Shown here: one piece after another, positions 27,719-39,141 of the stretch
Numbering within the stretch: the first letter of the stretch is position 1
How the letters are laid out: each line of letters begins with the position of its first letter
From: an uncultured delta proteobacterium
Lineage (GTDB): Bacteria > Desulfobacterota_D > UBA1144 > Nemesobacterales > UBA2774
Direction of reading: 5' to 3'
Length of the DNA: 64,000 nucleotides
Assembly (NCBI GenBank): GCA_963752995.1
Contig: CAVWAZ010000002.1
Coordinates: forward strand, 9,446-73,445
Translations under genes and position numbers: made by a program
The notes under the pieces: model-generated
The model's database searches: none
Told to the model about the DNA's origin: nothing
The model's input: only the letters and a program-made list of their open reading frames with translations

Positions 27719-28843
27719 ATGGAAATGGCCAAACAAATCTCACATGACACGGTGAGAAAAACCGGGGAAAGAATCCTTATTGTAGACGACGAGGATGCGA
27801 TAAGGAGTCTCTTCGTCGAGGCTCTCGAAGAGCTCGGCTACAGGTGCGATGTCGCCGGGAACGGTCTCGAGGCTCTCGAAAAGTTCTACAGGGTCAAGGA
27901 CTTCGATGTCGTCCTCCTCGATATACAGATGCCGAAGTTAAACGGCATAGAGACGCTTAAAAAGCTAAAAACATACTCGCCCGACCTCTCGATAATCATG
28001 GTTTCCGCGTCGCGCGATATAGAGAACGTAAGGGCCGCTCTCAAGGAGGGGGCCTATGATTACGTCTTCAAGCCTTTCCACGTGACGGACGTGGATGTGG
28101 TGATAAGGCGGGCGATCGAGCGATCGAATCTCATAAAGGCGAATAAGGATTACCAGAAAAATCTCGAAAAGAAGGTCATTGAGCAGACGGAAGAGCTGGT
28201 GAGGGCGTATTCAGGCACTCTCGAAGCGATGATCCTGGCGCTCGACCTGAGGGAGCATGAAACGGGTTATCACTCCTACAGGGTTACCGAGTACGCGGTC
28301 AATCTCGGAAAGCATATGAATCTGAGCGACCGGGAGCTCTCGGTAATAGCGAAAGGCGCACTGCTCCACGATATCGGAAAGATCGGCGTGCCCGATCATA
28401 TTCTCCTCAAGCCCGACAAGCTCACGGAAGAAGAATGGGAGCATATGAGGAAGCACGCGGAATTCGGATACGATCTCCTTAAAAGGATTGATTTCCTCGA
28501 GGCATCGGCGAGGATAGTCCATACGCACCACGAGAGGTATGACGGACAGGGTTACCCGTCCGGACTTTCCGGAGACGAGATACCGCTCGGCGCGAGAATA
28601 TTCTCGGTGGTGGACGCGCTCGACGCAATGACCTCGCGCAGGACCTACAGGAAAGCGATTCCTTTCGAGGACGCCGTGCAGAAGATAACCGAGGCTTCGG
28701 GCTCCCAGTTCGACCCCGAAGTGATCGAAGTGTTCGTAACAATCCCTATCGAGGAATGGAAGGGCATCAAAAAGCGCGTCGCCGCTTCGAGCTCGGAATA
28801 CCTGAAGCAGCTAATGTTCGAGCTGAGTAAGTATAAAGTCTGA
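27719..28843 (+). CDS. Response regulator with HD-GYP phosphodiesterase domain
   Basis: REC 'ILIVDDE..LLDIQMP..KPF'; 'HDIGKIG', 'HHERYDGQGYP', 'GSQFDP'. Confidence 0.92.
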   Translation: MEMAKQISHDTVRKTGERILIVDDEDAIRSLFVEALEELGYRCDVAGNGLEALEKFYRVKDFDVVLLDIQMPKLNGIETLKKLKTYSPDLSIIMVSASRDIENVRAALKEGAYDYVFKPFHVTDVDVVIRRAIERSNLIKANKDYQKNLEKKVIEQTEELVRAYSGTLEAMILALDLREHETGYHSYRVTEYAVNLGKHMNLSDRELSVIAKGALLHDIGKIGVPDHILLKPDKLTEEEWEHMRKHAEFGYDLLKRIDFLEASARIVHTHHERYDGQGYPSGLSGDEIPLGARIFSVVDALDAMTSRRTYRKAIPFEDAVQKITEASGSQFDPEVIEVFVTIPIEEWKGIKKRVAASSSEYLKQLMFELSKYKV

Positions 28844-28893
28844 GTCTATACCGTAAAGCCTGTATCGGAATCCCGTAAAATGAGGGGCTGTTA

Positions 28894-30321
28894 TTATTTC
28901 GAAAGCTCGGCCGTCAATATCTCGTTCACGACCTTCGGGTTCGCCTTACCCTGGGTCGCTTTCATCACCTTGCCGACGAAAAACCCGATAAGCTTCTCGT
29001 CGCCCGCTTTATACCTCGATATTTCCGCCGGGTGGTCTTTAAGGATTCCGGATATGATATTTTCGAGCTCGCCCCTGTCCGATATCTGCTTTATACCCTT
29101 TTCCCCGACGATCTCCTTTGCCGTTTTCCCAGTCGAAACCATCTCCTGAAAGACGTCCTTTGCGATCTTCCCGCTAATCGTACCGTCGTCGATCAGCAGG
29201 AGAAGCTCTGACAGATCGCGCGGGCTGACGGGCATCTCCCCGGATTCTCCCTCGTCCTTCATCTCCCTCATGACCTCGGTCATTATCCAGTTGCTCACTG
29301 CTTTAGGGTTGTTGTAAGTGTCGAGGCATTCCTCGAAGTAGTCCGCGATCTCTTTCGACGCCGTAAGCACGGCCGCGTCATACTCGGGGAGCTTATACTC
29401 TTCCGTAAATCGCATAAGTCTCTGATCGGGCAATTCGGGGAGAGACGCGCGCAGCTCTTCTATTTTCTCTTTCTCTATCACTACGGGCAGGAGGTCGGGG
29501 TCGGGGAAATACCTGTAGTCGTGCGCTTCCTCTTTCGTCCTCATCGAAAACGTAACGCCTTTATCGGCATCGAACAGCCTCGTTTCCTGAACTATCTTGC
29601 CGTCGCCTTCGATGACTGAAACCTGCCTCTTGATCTCGTATTCTATGGCTTTCTGCACGAACTTGAACGAGTTTACATTCTTTATCTCGACCTTCGTGCC
29701 GAGCGTTTTGCTCCCCCGCGGACGGACGGACACGTTGGCGTCGCATCTCAGGCTCCCTTCCTCCATGTTGCCGTCGCATACCCCTATATACATCAGTATC
29801 GTGCGGAGCTTCTTCAGATATAGCACCGCTTCTTCGGCGCTCGCGATGTCGGGCTCGCTGACTATTTCGATGAGCGGGACCCCGGCGCGGTTGAGGTCGA
29901 CGTAGCTCGAGCTGCCGGCGTTTTCGTGGACGAGCTTCCCGGCGTCCTCTTCCATGTGTATCCTGGTTATCCTTATTTTCTTCGCAGCGCCGTTTGTGCC
30001 GATGTCGAGCCATCCGCCGGTGGAAAAGGGTTCTTCGTACTGCGAAATCTGATAACCCTTCGGCAGGTCCGGATAGAAGTAGTTTTTCCGGGCGAACCGG
30101 GATCGGCCGTGTATCTCGCAGTTGACGGCGAGCGCGGCCTTCACCGCGTATTCCAGCGCCTTCCCGTTCAGCACGGGAAGCACGCCCGGCATCCCGAGGC
30201 ATATGGGGTTCACCTGCGAGTTGGGCGGAGCGCCGAACTCAGTCGGGGCCGGCGAGAATATTTTCGACTTGGTCTTGAGCTGCGCGTGCACCTCGAGCCC
30301 TATAACCGGTTCGTAATCCAT
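28894..30321 (-). CDS. gatB: Asp/Glu-tRNA amidotransferase subunit B
   Basis: '[10 protein letters not shown]', '[17 protein letters not shown]', 'LRCDANVS', '[10 protein letters not shown]'. Confidence 0.97.
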   Translation of the reverse strand: MDYEPVIGLEVHAQLKTKSKIFSPAPTEFGAPPNSQVNPICLGMPGVLPVLNGKALEYAVKAALAVNCEIHGRSRFARKNYFYPDLPKGYQISQYEEPFSTGGWLDIGTNGAAKKIRITRIHMEEDAGKLVHENAGSSSYVDLNRAGVPLIEIVSEPDIASAEEAVLYLKKLRTILMYIGVCDGNMEEGSLRCDANVSVRPRGSKTLGTKVEIKNVNSFKFVQKAIEYEIKRQVSVIEGDGKIVQETRLFDADKGVTFSMRTKEEAHDYRYFPDPDLLPVVIEKEKIEELRASLPELPDQRLMRFTEEYKLPEYDAAVLTASKEIADYFEECLDTYNNPKAVSNWIMTEVMREMKDEGESGEMPVSPRDLSELLLLIDDGTISGKIAKDVFQEMVSTGKTAKEIVGEKGIKQISDRGELENIISGILKDHPAEISRYKAGDEKLIGFFVGKVMKATQGKANPKVVNEILTAELSK

Positions 30322-30391
30322 TTCGTCTGGTCTCCTTTCAGATAAATTAATGGTGATTGATAAGATCGAATTGTCAAGGAATACTAAAGCC

Positions 30392-31060
30392 ATGCCGGAG
30401 AGGAACGTCCTCATAATATCGCCCCATCCCGACGACATGGAGATAGGCATGGGCGGCACTGCGTCGAAGCTCATCGACAGCGGCGTCGATGTGGTGTCCC
30501 TCGTCGTGACCGACGGGAGGAGGAGTACGAGCGTTTACGGCCTCAGCGAGGACGAGGTAGCCCGGCTCCGGGAGTCGGAGGTAAGGGAAGCGGTCGGCAT
30601 TCTGGGAGTCGAGTACCTGATACTCCTCGGGCTCGGGGACGTGAAGAGCGTGGAAAACAGGAATCAGTTTCAATCGGAATTGACAGGGGCGTTAAAAAGG
30701 TTCAGGCCCGAAGAGATTTATATGCCTCATCCGGAGATCGACAAGCACCCGACGCACAGGGCTGTGTCGTCCATAGCGCTCGAGACCATAAAGGGGATGC
30801 CTGCCGACGAATTGTCCGTCAAGCCCGCGATCTGGTGCTATGAAGTCTGGACACCTTTCGGGACCTACGACAGGATCGAAGACATATCGCTCCAAATGCA
30901 CGTAAAAACAGCCGCAATAGACGCCCACAAGAGCCAGATCGATTACAAGGATTACACCGACGGGATGAAGGGTCTCAACAGGTTTAGGGCGGTCTTCGAC
31001 GAGACTGCGGGTATTACGGTAATGGAATACGCCGAGGTATTCATCGGGCTTAAACTATGA
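30392..31060 (+). CDS. PIG-L/LmbE family N-deacetylase
   Basis: 'SPHPDD.E.G.GG', 'R..E', 'HPTH', 'AHKSQ'. Confidence 0.88.
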   Translation: MPERNVLIISPHPDDMEIGMGGTASKLIDSGVDVVSLVVTDGRRSTSVYGLSEDEVARLRESEVREAVGILGVEYLILLGLGDVKSVENRNQFQSELTGALKRFRPEEIYMPHPEIDKHPTHRAVSSIALETIKGMPADELSVKPAIWCYEVWTPFGTYDRIEDISLQMHVKTAAIDAHKSQIDYKDYTDGMKGLNRFRAVFDETAGITVMEYAEVFIGLKL

Positions 31061-31105
31061 AATCCGGTCTGCGGGAATCCGCTCCCCGAATGAACCGTAC
31101 CGCGG

Positions 31106-31756
31106 TCATACGGGTATTCGTCCTGTTTTGAGGCTCCAGAGGAGCATGTCGAGCTCGTCGAGACCTATTCCGAGCTCGCCGGCCAAAGATTTCATCCTGT
31201 TTTCTATCTCTTTATATTTCTTTCCCGTCGAGGGCGGCTTCGGGGAATCTATAATACCGAGATCGTAGAGCGATTTAATCACGTTCTTATCGAGTATCGC
31301 ATATCCCCCGAAGCCGATGTTCCTCAAAAAATGGCTCGCCTGTGTGTAGCCGAGACCCTTTATATCTTTATTCAACGCGAAGAAGTCCCTCCTTTCCTCG
31401 GGGTCCGGGAACGAATCGACGAGCTCCCGGAGCTTGAAGCCGTACTCCCTTTTCAGGTATTCACGCGTGTGGACGATGAAATATGCTTTTTCGGGGTACT
31501 TATGGATACGTTTTAGTGTACTTTCGGTGTCCTCTGCCGTGCCTTCGAGAAGAATATCCTTTATCGCTTCGAGCGACCTGAGCCCGACCTTAGGCCCAAC
31601 GGCGGATGTCAGTATGCAGTACGCGAGCTCTTCGAATATTTTTCTATCGTCCGCGCTCTCGCGTATCTTCCTGAACTCGCCGAGCTGCGCCTCGATCATG
31701 TCCTTCCTGCGGGAATACTCGGACTTCAATTCTTCGAGAGCACTCTGTCTTTCCAT
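31106..31756 (-). CDS. ogg: OGG2-type 8-oxoguanine DNA glycosylase homolog with non-canonical active site
   Basis: 'FEELAYCILT', HhH 'IKGLGYTQASHFLRNIG', 'AILD', 'ELDMLLWSLKTG'. Confidence 0.8.
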   Translation of the reverse strand: MERQSALEELKSEYSRRKDMIEAQLGEFRKIRESADDRKIFEELAYCILTSAVGPKVGLRSLEAIKDILLEGTAEDTESTLKRIHKYPEKAYFIVHTREYLKREYGFKLRELVDSFPDPEERRDFFALNKDIKGLGYTQASHFLRNIGFGGYAILDKNVIKSLYDLGIIDSPKPPSTGKKYKEIENRMKSLAGELGIGLDELDMLLWSLKTGRIPV

Positions 31757-31811
31757 CGGAGTTAGTCTATCACGTAATTTGCCCAGGTTATGAGTACTGG
31801 TTCGTGGAAGA

Positions 31812-32646
31812 TCAATGCAGCTTTAATGGAATGACCCGTGACGTGATCCAGACGGCCGCGAGAAGAAAACCCAACGACAAGAGGAACACGCCAAGTTTTT
31901 TCATGAACGGCACATGAGGGGGTTCGTGACGCTCGTGTCCCGGCATGCCGGGCATTCCCTCCATTGACGGCTTGCCGGATACTGCCGACATCATCCCGTG
32001 CTTGAGCCCGCTCCCGACGAGCCAGGAATTTACCGGGTACGCGGCTATCGCCCCCGCAATCGTCGCTATTGATGATATCCCCCAGAACATGAGACCCTTC
32101 GGGTCGTCCCCGCCCGGTATCTTCATCCTCAGTATCGCCATCACGGGTATCATGCCGACCATTACGAAGTTCATCGATACGGTCTCGGCGAAGAACGTCT
32201 TTTTTACGGCTTCCAGGTAATTCCCCCCGGCCATGGATTTCATGAACAGCGCCTGAAATATAAAGAGCCCCACGACGAAAGCGGCCGCGTATTCGATGAA
32301 CAGGTCTATGCCGTTCGGCAGCCGGAGATGGTACGTGACGATTGCGCCCAGTATGATCCCGGTCGCGTCCCCGGCGACGCAGTGCATGAGAGAGCCTACC
32401 GACTGCTTCCAGTGGGCCGCGATAAACTCGTCGTGCGTCCCGGGCAGGGGCTCACGGCAGGAGAGCATGTATGTGAAAAGCCCGAGGGGGCCCGTGTAGA
32501 GGACTATCAATATCCAGGCGAGCTTCATCACCCACTGGGCAGGGGTATTTGTCTCGAGGTCGTATATGAGGAAGACGAGCGACGCTCGCGGTGAGTAAAT
32601 ACCAGAGTATAAGCGCGCCCCCGATCATTGTATTCGGTATTATCAT
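31812..32646 (-). pseudogene. DUF4396-like membrane protein with one frameshift near 32586 (error or pseudogene)
   Basis: 'HCVAGDATGI', 'AYPVN.WLV..GLKHGM'. Removing one base joins 'WYLLTA' to 'ASLVFLIYDLETNTPAQWVMKLAW'. Confidence 0.7.
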
Positions 32647-32722
32647 ATTGTCCCCGGGTTATTGGTGATATGAGCCGATCGATGAATGTATTGAAGCCAT
32701 TATCTCATCATTAAGAAGGTCT

Positions 32723-32738
32723 TGTCAACAGTTTGACA
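32723..32738. promoter_or_regulatory. Back-to-back -35 elements (TGTCAA-CAGT-TTGACA) of divergent promoters
   Basis: Both strands read TTGACA-18-GATAAT. Confidence 0.55.
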
Positions 32739-32909
32739 TGCCTCGCCGCCGCGTGCGATAATCTGGACAGCCGAAGCGGGATTCATGTCAAAGTGTGTTA
32801 AGTCCGCATCGCGGAGCAGGGGAGGCTCGATAGGGGTCTCCATGATACCGGCAGAGACAGGCTGTATAATTGCCTTCGGTGTAATACGCGAAGTCACGGT
32901 GAGTGATAT

Positions 32910-35142
32910 ATGAATCTCAGGGATTATCTGTCCGCGTTCCGCGTCAAGATTGCGCTCAAGATTACGCTCGGCGGGGTGATAGCGGCCCTTATCTGCAATA
33001 TCTTCCACCTCCCATCCGGATTTCTAGCCCCCGTGATTCTCTACATGATTATGGCAGGCTATCACGGTAAGACGTTCGAGGTCGGCGTCCAGTCCCTGAT
33101 TGGGTGCCTTCTGAGCGGCTTCTATTCATTATTTATAATCTACTATTTTCTCGATTCGGTTCCGGTTTACCTCATTCTGGCGGCGATATGGATATTCGGC
33201 TGCATAACTTTCATCGGTAAATATCCCATCGCCTCGGTGCTGAGCGCGATTCTAACGGCCATGAGCATGTTCGTCGCGGTTTTCGGCACGGTGGCCCAGA
33301 CGACGGCCTCCGTAGAAAATTACATGGTTCAGCTATTCGTCGCTGCGGCTGTCTCGTGGCTCGTCGACGAGATAATATGGCCGCTCAGGAGCGGCGGAGC
33401 CATGTATCTAACTCTGTCCGCGGTATATAAAGATTATGCCGCGAGGTTCGAGTCCTATATCCGCACTGAAACGCAAGAAGCGAAGGACCGGAAATTCGAA
33501 TCGGCGTCCGTGGATGTTTTCAATAATCTGGTCAATCTCGTAAGGCGTACCGAGCGCGAGGCGAGGGACGGCAGCTTCCACGCGGAGCCTGCGCTTATGC
33601 TCGTCGCCTATGCCAAGAGCATTTATATCAAGCTCGACGTTATGGACGGGTTTATGAGAGCCGGGCACAAGTGCCTGGAGGATAAAAATGTTTCGGACGA
33701 GCTAAACGGTTTGTTCGCCTTATTGTCGGAGGGTTTTACGGACCTGGCTTCAGCTATTGTCGAAGGCCGTTCCGCCGGGTCGTATCAGGACAATCTCGGA
33801 ACAAAAATCGGGGAGCTGAAGAATCTCTATGAGGTCATGCATTCGGCGGAAGGGAAAGACCAGGACTATTTCGAGGACCTGCTCGCGTTCGGAGCCATAC
33901 TTCCCTTGATCGAAGACACGGTCGAAATTCTCGGCAAAGCAGGCAGGACGTGGAATCTGATCAACAGCGGCGAATACCATAAGCTCGTGAGCGACAGGGT
34001 TACCAGGTCTCCCGCCGTAGAGAGCATTAAATCCGGATGGCTGCCTCAAATCACCAGGGAATCGGTCCGCCAGTCCGTAAAATCCGTGATAGTGATCATG
34101 CTTCTACTCTTCGGCGAGCTCCTGCTCAAGCTGCCCGGCGGTTATCAGGCCTCTTTTTACGGCGTGCTCTTCGGCTCGATTCCGAATACGGGCCAGGCCC
34201 ACCTCCGGGGTAGGCTCGCTATCGTAGGTGTGGGCGCAGGTCTCCTGTACGGCATCACCGGACTTTTTGTAATCTCGCTCATCCCTCATTTCTTATTGCT
34301 CATACTTATTTTTGCGTTGGGAACTTTCGTCTCCGCCTATGTCGCCAGCGGCAGCCAGAGAATAGCTTACTCAGGTCTCCAGGCGGGTTTAATGCTCCCC
34401 TACGTTTTCCTCTCGAGCCCGGGGCCCGGGATAAGCCTCTCGCTCGCAATTATGAGGATGTTCGCCCTGCTCATGGCGTCCGCTATCGGCCTTCTGGTGC
34501 TCCATAACATCTGGCCGGTAAGCCCTTACCGCGAGCTCAAAAAGAAGATATCGTCCGCGATAACGATCAGCGGAGCTATATTCGGCAAGCTTCTGATGTT
34601 GGACGAGAGCGAGAAGGAGCAGGATAGAATCCCTCGTGAACCCGCTCGCCGCGGCCATGCCGACGAGCAGCTCGCTGCTATTCGACGCCCAGTATATAAT
34701 CTCGGACGAGAAGCTACACGCCGAAGATTTCGTTCATATAATCGAGTCGCTCGAAGTCATATACGCCGAGCTCGAGACGCTCAAAAAAACCATGTACGCG
34801 GAGATAGACAACGAGCTCCTGAAGAATTACCTGGAGCACATGGCTCCCGACTACAGGACGCTCTGCGGTTTGTTCGACAGGGCTTCGCGCCAGTTCCTTA
34901 CCGGGGACGATCCTGACACGGCGGCGCTTGAGCTTTCCCGTCAGATACAGGAACACCGTAAGGAGTTTCGCGAGGCCGGTTTCTGGAAGCAATTCTCTCT
35001 CGAAGACGTGGAGAAAAACGTGCTTATTACGGCGAGCGTCGATACCGTGCTCGACGCCCTGCACAAAATAATGGTTTCGATCAGCAATATCAGGGAAGCG
35101 GAGGCTTCTCCCGGTACGCAGCTCACGGCGTCAAAAGTTTAG
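32910..35142 (+). pseudogene. FUSC/AaeB-like inner-membrane efflux protein with frameshift near 34620 (error or pseudogene)
   Basis: Two hydrophobic blocks ('KIALKITLG', 'IAYSGLQAG') separated by helical domains. Deleting C34620 gives 'EKERIESLVNPLAAAM' and a 743-aa ORF. Confidence 0.7.
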
Positions 35143-35165
35143 GATAGACTGAAAAGCCTTTGTTC

Positions 35166-35194
35166 TGGACAATCCGGCGGCCGCTTTGTATAAT
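35166..35194 (+). promoter_or_regulatory. Putative sigma70 promoter of nhaP
   Basis: TGGACA-17-TATAAT. Confidence 0.55.
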
Positions 35195-35253
35195 GGCGGA
35201 ATAAACGTCGGCGTATATGTAAAGAGAAAACGGTCGGCCTCTGCGGTCCTTAT

Positions 35254-36519
35254 ATGAATCTATTCGTAGTATTCACAATACTCATAACCCTTACGGCTGT
35301 CTTCAGTTTCGTCAACGAGGCGTTCATCAAGCTTCCGACGACCATAGGGGTAATGCTCGCGTCCCTCGCCGCCTCCATCCTGATAATAGGCTTCGGGTAT
35401 CTCGGGTTCGGCAACGTGGATTGGGCAGTCGAGCTCGTGCAGGCGGCCGATTTCGACCACCTCTTCATGAACGGAATGCTGAGCTTCCTGCTTTTCGCCG
35501 GGGCTTCCAGCGTGAACATCGATGAGCTGGGGGAATACAAGTGGACGATATCGTACCTCGCGACACTGGGCATGATAATCGCCACGTTCCTGACGGGCGC
35601 GGTAGTATGGTGGGTGTTCGGCGCGATAGGGGTGAATCTGCCTTTTATATATGCGCTAATATTCGGCGCGATTATATCCCCCATAGACGCGGTAATAGTC
35701 CTCAAGCTGTTCAGGCGCATTCAGCCAGGCAAGACGCTGGAATCGATAATATCGGGAGAGTCCCTTTTCAACGACGCGGTGGCCGTAGTATTGTTCGTCC
35801 TCTTCACCGAGATAGCATCCGGGGAAACGCAGGTTTCGTTCCTCCACATCGGCGAGTTCTTCATGAAAGAAGCCCTGGGCGGGCTCTTCCTGGGCATCGC
35901 GCTCGGATATATCAGCCAGAGAATGATAATCGAGATAATCAGGCGGAGCACGGACGGCAGGATCGTCGTCGCGCTGATAACGCTTTCACTCGTAGCGGGC
36001 GGGTACCTGCTGGCCGAGCAGTTCGATGTGTCCGCCCCGCTTACCTGCGTCGTGGCGGGCCTCTTTCTCGCAAGGAGGCGGAGGCTCATGCCGGAATCCG
36101 CCGATCACGTCAGGTCTTACGTGAAGAGCCTATGGGAGGTTATAGACGACGTGATGAACGCCATCCTTTTCGTCCTCATAGGTCTCGAGGCGCTAGTGCT
36201 CGACCTCGAGAAGCCTTATATAATCTGCGGACTGATAGCCATACCCCTTATCACGGCGGCCCGGTATGTAAGCGTCGAGCTGCCGCTCGTATTCCTGAAA
36301 CTGTTCAGGAACATTCCTTCCCTCTCCGGTTTTATCATGACCTGGAGCGGGATCAGGGGCGGCGTCTCGATCGCGCTCGCTCTGGGATTGGACGATTCCC
36401 CCCAAAGAGACCTCATTGTGATTATGACGTATGTCGTCGTGGTATTTTCCATCACCGTACAGGGCCTCACGCTCGAGAACGCCCTCAAGTGGAACAGATC
36501 CAGGACGAATTCCAAATAA
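35254..36519 (+). CDS. nhaP: CPA1 Na+/H+ antiporter
   Basis: 'LSFLLFAG', 'FGAIISPIDAV', 'GESLFND', 'W.G.RGG.S.ALAL', 'VQGLT'. Confidence 0.88.
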   Translation: MNLFVVFTILITLTAVFSFVNEAFIKLPTTIGVMLASLAASILIIGFGYLGFGNVDWAVELVQAADFDHLFMNGMLSFLLFAGASSVNIDELGEYKWTISYLATLGMIIATFLTGAVVWWVFGAIGVNLPFIYALIFGAIISPIDAVIVLKLFRRIQPGKTLESIISGESLFNDAVAVVLFVLFTEIASGETQVSFLHIGEFFMKEALGGLFLGIALGYISQRMIIEIIRRSTDGRIVVALITLSLVAGGYLLAEQFDVSAPLTCVVAGLFLARRRRLMPESADHVRSYVKSLWEVIDDVMNAILFVLIGLEALVLDLEKPYIICGLIAIPLITAARYVSVELPLVFLKLFRNIPSLSGFIMTWSGIRGGVSIALALGLDDSPQRDLIVIMTYVVVVFSITVQGLTLENALKWNRSRTNSK

Positions 36520-36632
36520 CATCCGGCTATTTAATTATATAGATTTAGGTGTTAGTTTTACATTGTCCGCTGTTATCGGGCGGGAGACCGACTCCCGTCC
36601 TGCCGGCGAGATCGGAAAGGAGGAGCAATTTT

Positions 36633-37037
36633 ATGCAAAAGGTCAGAATGGTTTTATCCTTATTGGCGGCGATTTTTATCTTGAGCGGCTGCGCGGCGAT
36701 TCAGGGCGAGCAGTCGAAGAGCACGGAGGAGATGCTGGCGGCCGCGGGGTTCCAGATCGTCTCCGCCGACACGCCCGAGGAGCTGAAGATGCTGAGTTCC
36801 GTTACCCCTTACAAGATCCAGTTCAGCGTAAGGGACAACAAGCCCCTCTACTGGTATACCGACCCGAATAACTGTCAATGTATATGGACCGGGGACCAGG
36901 CGGCTTATGACAGGTACCAGCAGATGGTGTACGAATCCAACATCGTTAACGAAGAGGAAGAGACCGCGATGATGGCCGAGCAGGCCGAATTCGGGCCCGG
37001 CTTATGGGGATGGGCGGGCGGCCCCTGGGGCTGGTGA
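36633..37037 (+). CDS. Lipoprotein of unknown function
   Basis: Lipobox LSG-C; 'MLAAAGF', 'Y.DP..C.C...G.Q.AY.RYQ'; Trp/Gly-rich tail; SD GGAGG. Confidence 0.75.
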   Translation: MQKVRMVLSLLAAIFILSGCAAIQGEQSKSTEEMLAAAGFQIVSADTPEELKMLSSVTPYKIQFSVRDNKPLYWYTDPNNCQCIWTGDQAAYDRYQQMVYESNIVNEEEETAMMAEQAEFGPGLWGWAGGPWGW

Positions 37038-37103
37038 GACCGATAACAGGTCGGCCTATTTTTTTGATACGGGTTTCAGCGCGGTAACCGGTGCTATTGT
37101 TCA

Positions 37104-38213
37104 ATGAGCCTTAAAGATATCGCCTCCAGATTGAAGATCGGCAAATTGACCTATACGGCGAAATTCTGGGTGATTTTCATAATCTCCCTGATCGTCCTCC
37201 TGATCGCCTACTATATACTGCTCGACAGGTACACGCCTTATACGAGCGACGCTTACGTTCAGGCCTACGTGCTCCAGGTCGCGCCGCAGGTGGACGGGCA
37301 GGTAATTGAAGTTTATGTAAAAAATAACGAGTACGTCGACAAAGGCCAGAAGCTCTTCAGTCTCGACCCAAGGCCTTACGAATACCAGGTCCGGCAGCTC
37401 AAGGCGAAGCTCGTCCAGACGAGGCAGAACATCGACGAGATCAAGAGCGATATAGCGGCTGCCGAACAGTCGGTAAAACAATCACAGGCGGATCACGCGT
37501 ACGCAACTCAGCGGTATAACGACTTAAAGCCGCTAGTCGAGAAGAACTACATAGCCAAGCTCGAATTCGATCAGGCCGTGGAACAGCAGAACTCGACCCT
37601 GGCGCAACTGAACCAGTCGAGGGCGGATTATGAAAAGGCGAAGCAGGCCCTCGAATACAAGATCGACGGCGATTACGCCATAATCAAGGAGGTCGAAGCC
37701 AACCTCGCGCTCGCCGAGTACAACCTCTCGCAGGCCACGTTCTACGCCCCTACGGACGGATATATAAGCAATCTCCAGCTCACGGTCGGCTCCTATATAA
37801 AAACTGGCGATCCTGTGCTGACGTTCGTGGACGACGACAGCTGGTGGGTCGTCGCGAATTTCAGGGAGAACAGCGTGGGACGGATCAAAGCGGGGCAGGA
37901 GGCCGAAGTCAGCCTCGCGCTATACCCGGGGACGATATTTAAAGCCGTCGTCGAAAGCACCGACTGGGGAGTGAGCACGGGGCAGGGGGTCCCCTCGGGA
38001 TTCCTCCCCGTCGTACAGGACCCCGAGAACTGGGTGCAGCTCGCTCAGCGTTTTCCCGTGCGGCTCAGGATCCCGAACATCGACCACGATAAATATAAGC
38101 TCAGGATAGGGGCGTCGGTGAGCGTCGCCGTGTTCACGGGAGAGAATATAATACTAAATCCGCTCGCCAAATTGTGGCTCCGCATAGGCAGCCTCGTCGA
38201 TTTTGTGTATTGA
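37104..38213 (+). CDS. HlyD/AaeA-family membrane fusion protein
   Basis: 'TPYTSDAYV', 'VAPQVDG', 'DPRPY', 'ANFRE', 'WVQLAQRFPVR'. Confidence 0.9.
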   Translation: MSLKDIASRLKIGKLTYTAKFWVIFIISLIVLLIAYYILLDRYTPYTSDAYVQAYVLQVAPQVDGQVIEVYVKNNEYVDKGQKLFSLDPRPYEYQVRQLKAKLVQTRQNIDEIKSDIAAAEQSVKQSQADHAYATQRYNDLKPLVEKNYIAKLEFDQAVEQQNSTLAQLNQSRADYEKAKQALEYKIDGDYAIIKEVEANLALAEYNLSQATFYAPTDGYISNLQLTVGSYIKTGDPVLTFVDDDSWWVVANFRENSVGRIKAGQEAEVSLALYPGTIFKAVVESTDWGVSTGQGVPSGFLPVVQDPENWVQLAQRFPVRLRIPNIDHDKYKLRIGASVSVAVFTGENIILNPLAKLWLRIGSLVDFVY

Positions 38214-38268
38214 TTGAAACCTGCATCCGCTATAATCTCTTCCGAATGGAAACTTTCGCCTGCCCGTT

Positions 38269-38970
38269 TCAGTCTCCTATATTTTTAAATATCGTCCACA
38301 ATATTTTATAGCCCGCCTTGACCGTGCCCCCGAGGGTGCCCGTTACCTTCGAGACCCCTATGCGCTTCCTGTAGCTTACGGGCGCCTCTCCGCACCTGAG
38401 CCCTTGTTTAGCCGCCTTTATCTGCATTTCCACTGTCCAGCCGTAGGTCATGTCGGTCAATCCAAGCGCCAGCAGCTTATCGAACCTCACCGCGCGGAAG
38501 GGGCCCAAGTCTGTGAAGCTGACCCCGTAGAGCCATTTTATGAGCACCGTCGCGAGCGCGTTCCCGAAAAGGGCCTGCGGGAGAAGCGCCCCTCTTTCGC
38601 GTGCGCCCATGGTTCGCGATCCGATAATCATGTCGAAGCCGTTCTCGATGATCGGTCTCACGAGAGAGCGCATCTCCCCGGGGTAGTCGGAGTAATCCCC
38701 GTCGAGGAATACGACGATGCCGGGCCTTTCGCCGTCGGGCTTGGAGAGCGCGTAATTGATGCCCTTCATGCACGCGTGGCCGTACCCGCGTCTCTCTTCC
38801 CTGAGCACTGTCGCGCCAGCGTCAGCGGCGATCTCTGCCGTCCTGTCGGTCGAGCCGTTATCCGTTACCACGACCTCGCTCACGAGGTCTCGCGGGATAT
38901 CGGCGATCACCCTTCCGATGGACATTTCTTCATTCAATGCGGGGATTATAACGAGGATTCCGGGAGTCAT
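38269..38970 (-). CDS. Family 2 glycosyltransferase (DPM1-like)
   Basis: 'IIPALNEE', 'DNGSTD', 'FLDGDYSD', 'TDLGPFRA', 'YGWTVEMQ', 'RIGVSKV.GT'. Confidence 0.88.
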   Translation of the reverse strand: MTPGILVIIPALNEEMSIGRVIADIPRDLVSEVVVTDNGSTDRTAEIAADAGATVLREERRGYGHACMKGINYALSKPDGERPGIVVFLDGDYSDYPGEMRSLVRPIIENGFDMIIGSRTMGARERGALLPQALFGNALATVLIKWLYGVSFTDLGPFRAVRFDKLLALGLTDMTYGWTVEMQIKAAKQGLRCGEAPVSYRKRIGVSKVTGTLGGTVKAGYKILWTIFKNIGD

Positions 38971-39141
38971 AGAGTTATCCGCACGGGATAAATACATAGT
39001 ACCCGTCCAGTCTTGAGCTGTGTGAAAGCAGCCCGGGTATTTCTCCCTCTACAGGTGAAGCTGTTCGTTTTTATTCCCGGAATATTATTCGTCGGGAGCT
39101 GCTGATATCGCGGAACCGGGTCAGGGCTTTAGATTCTCGAC

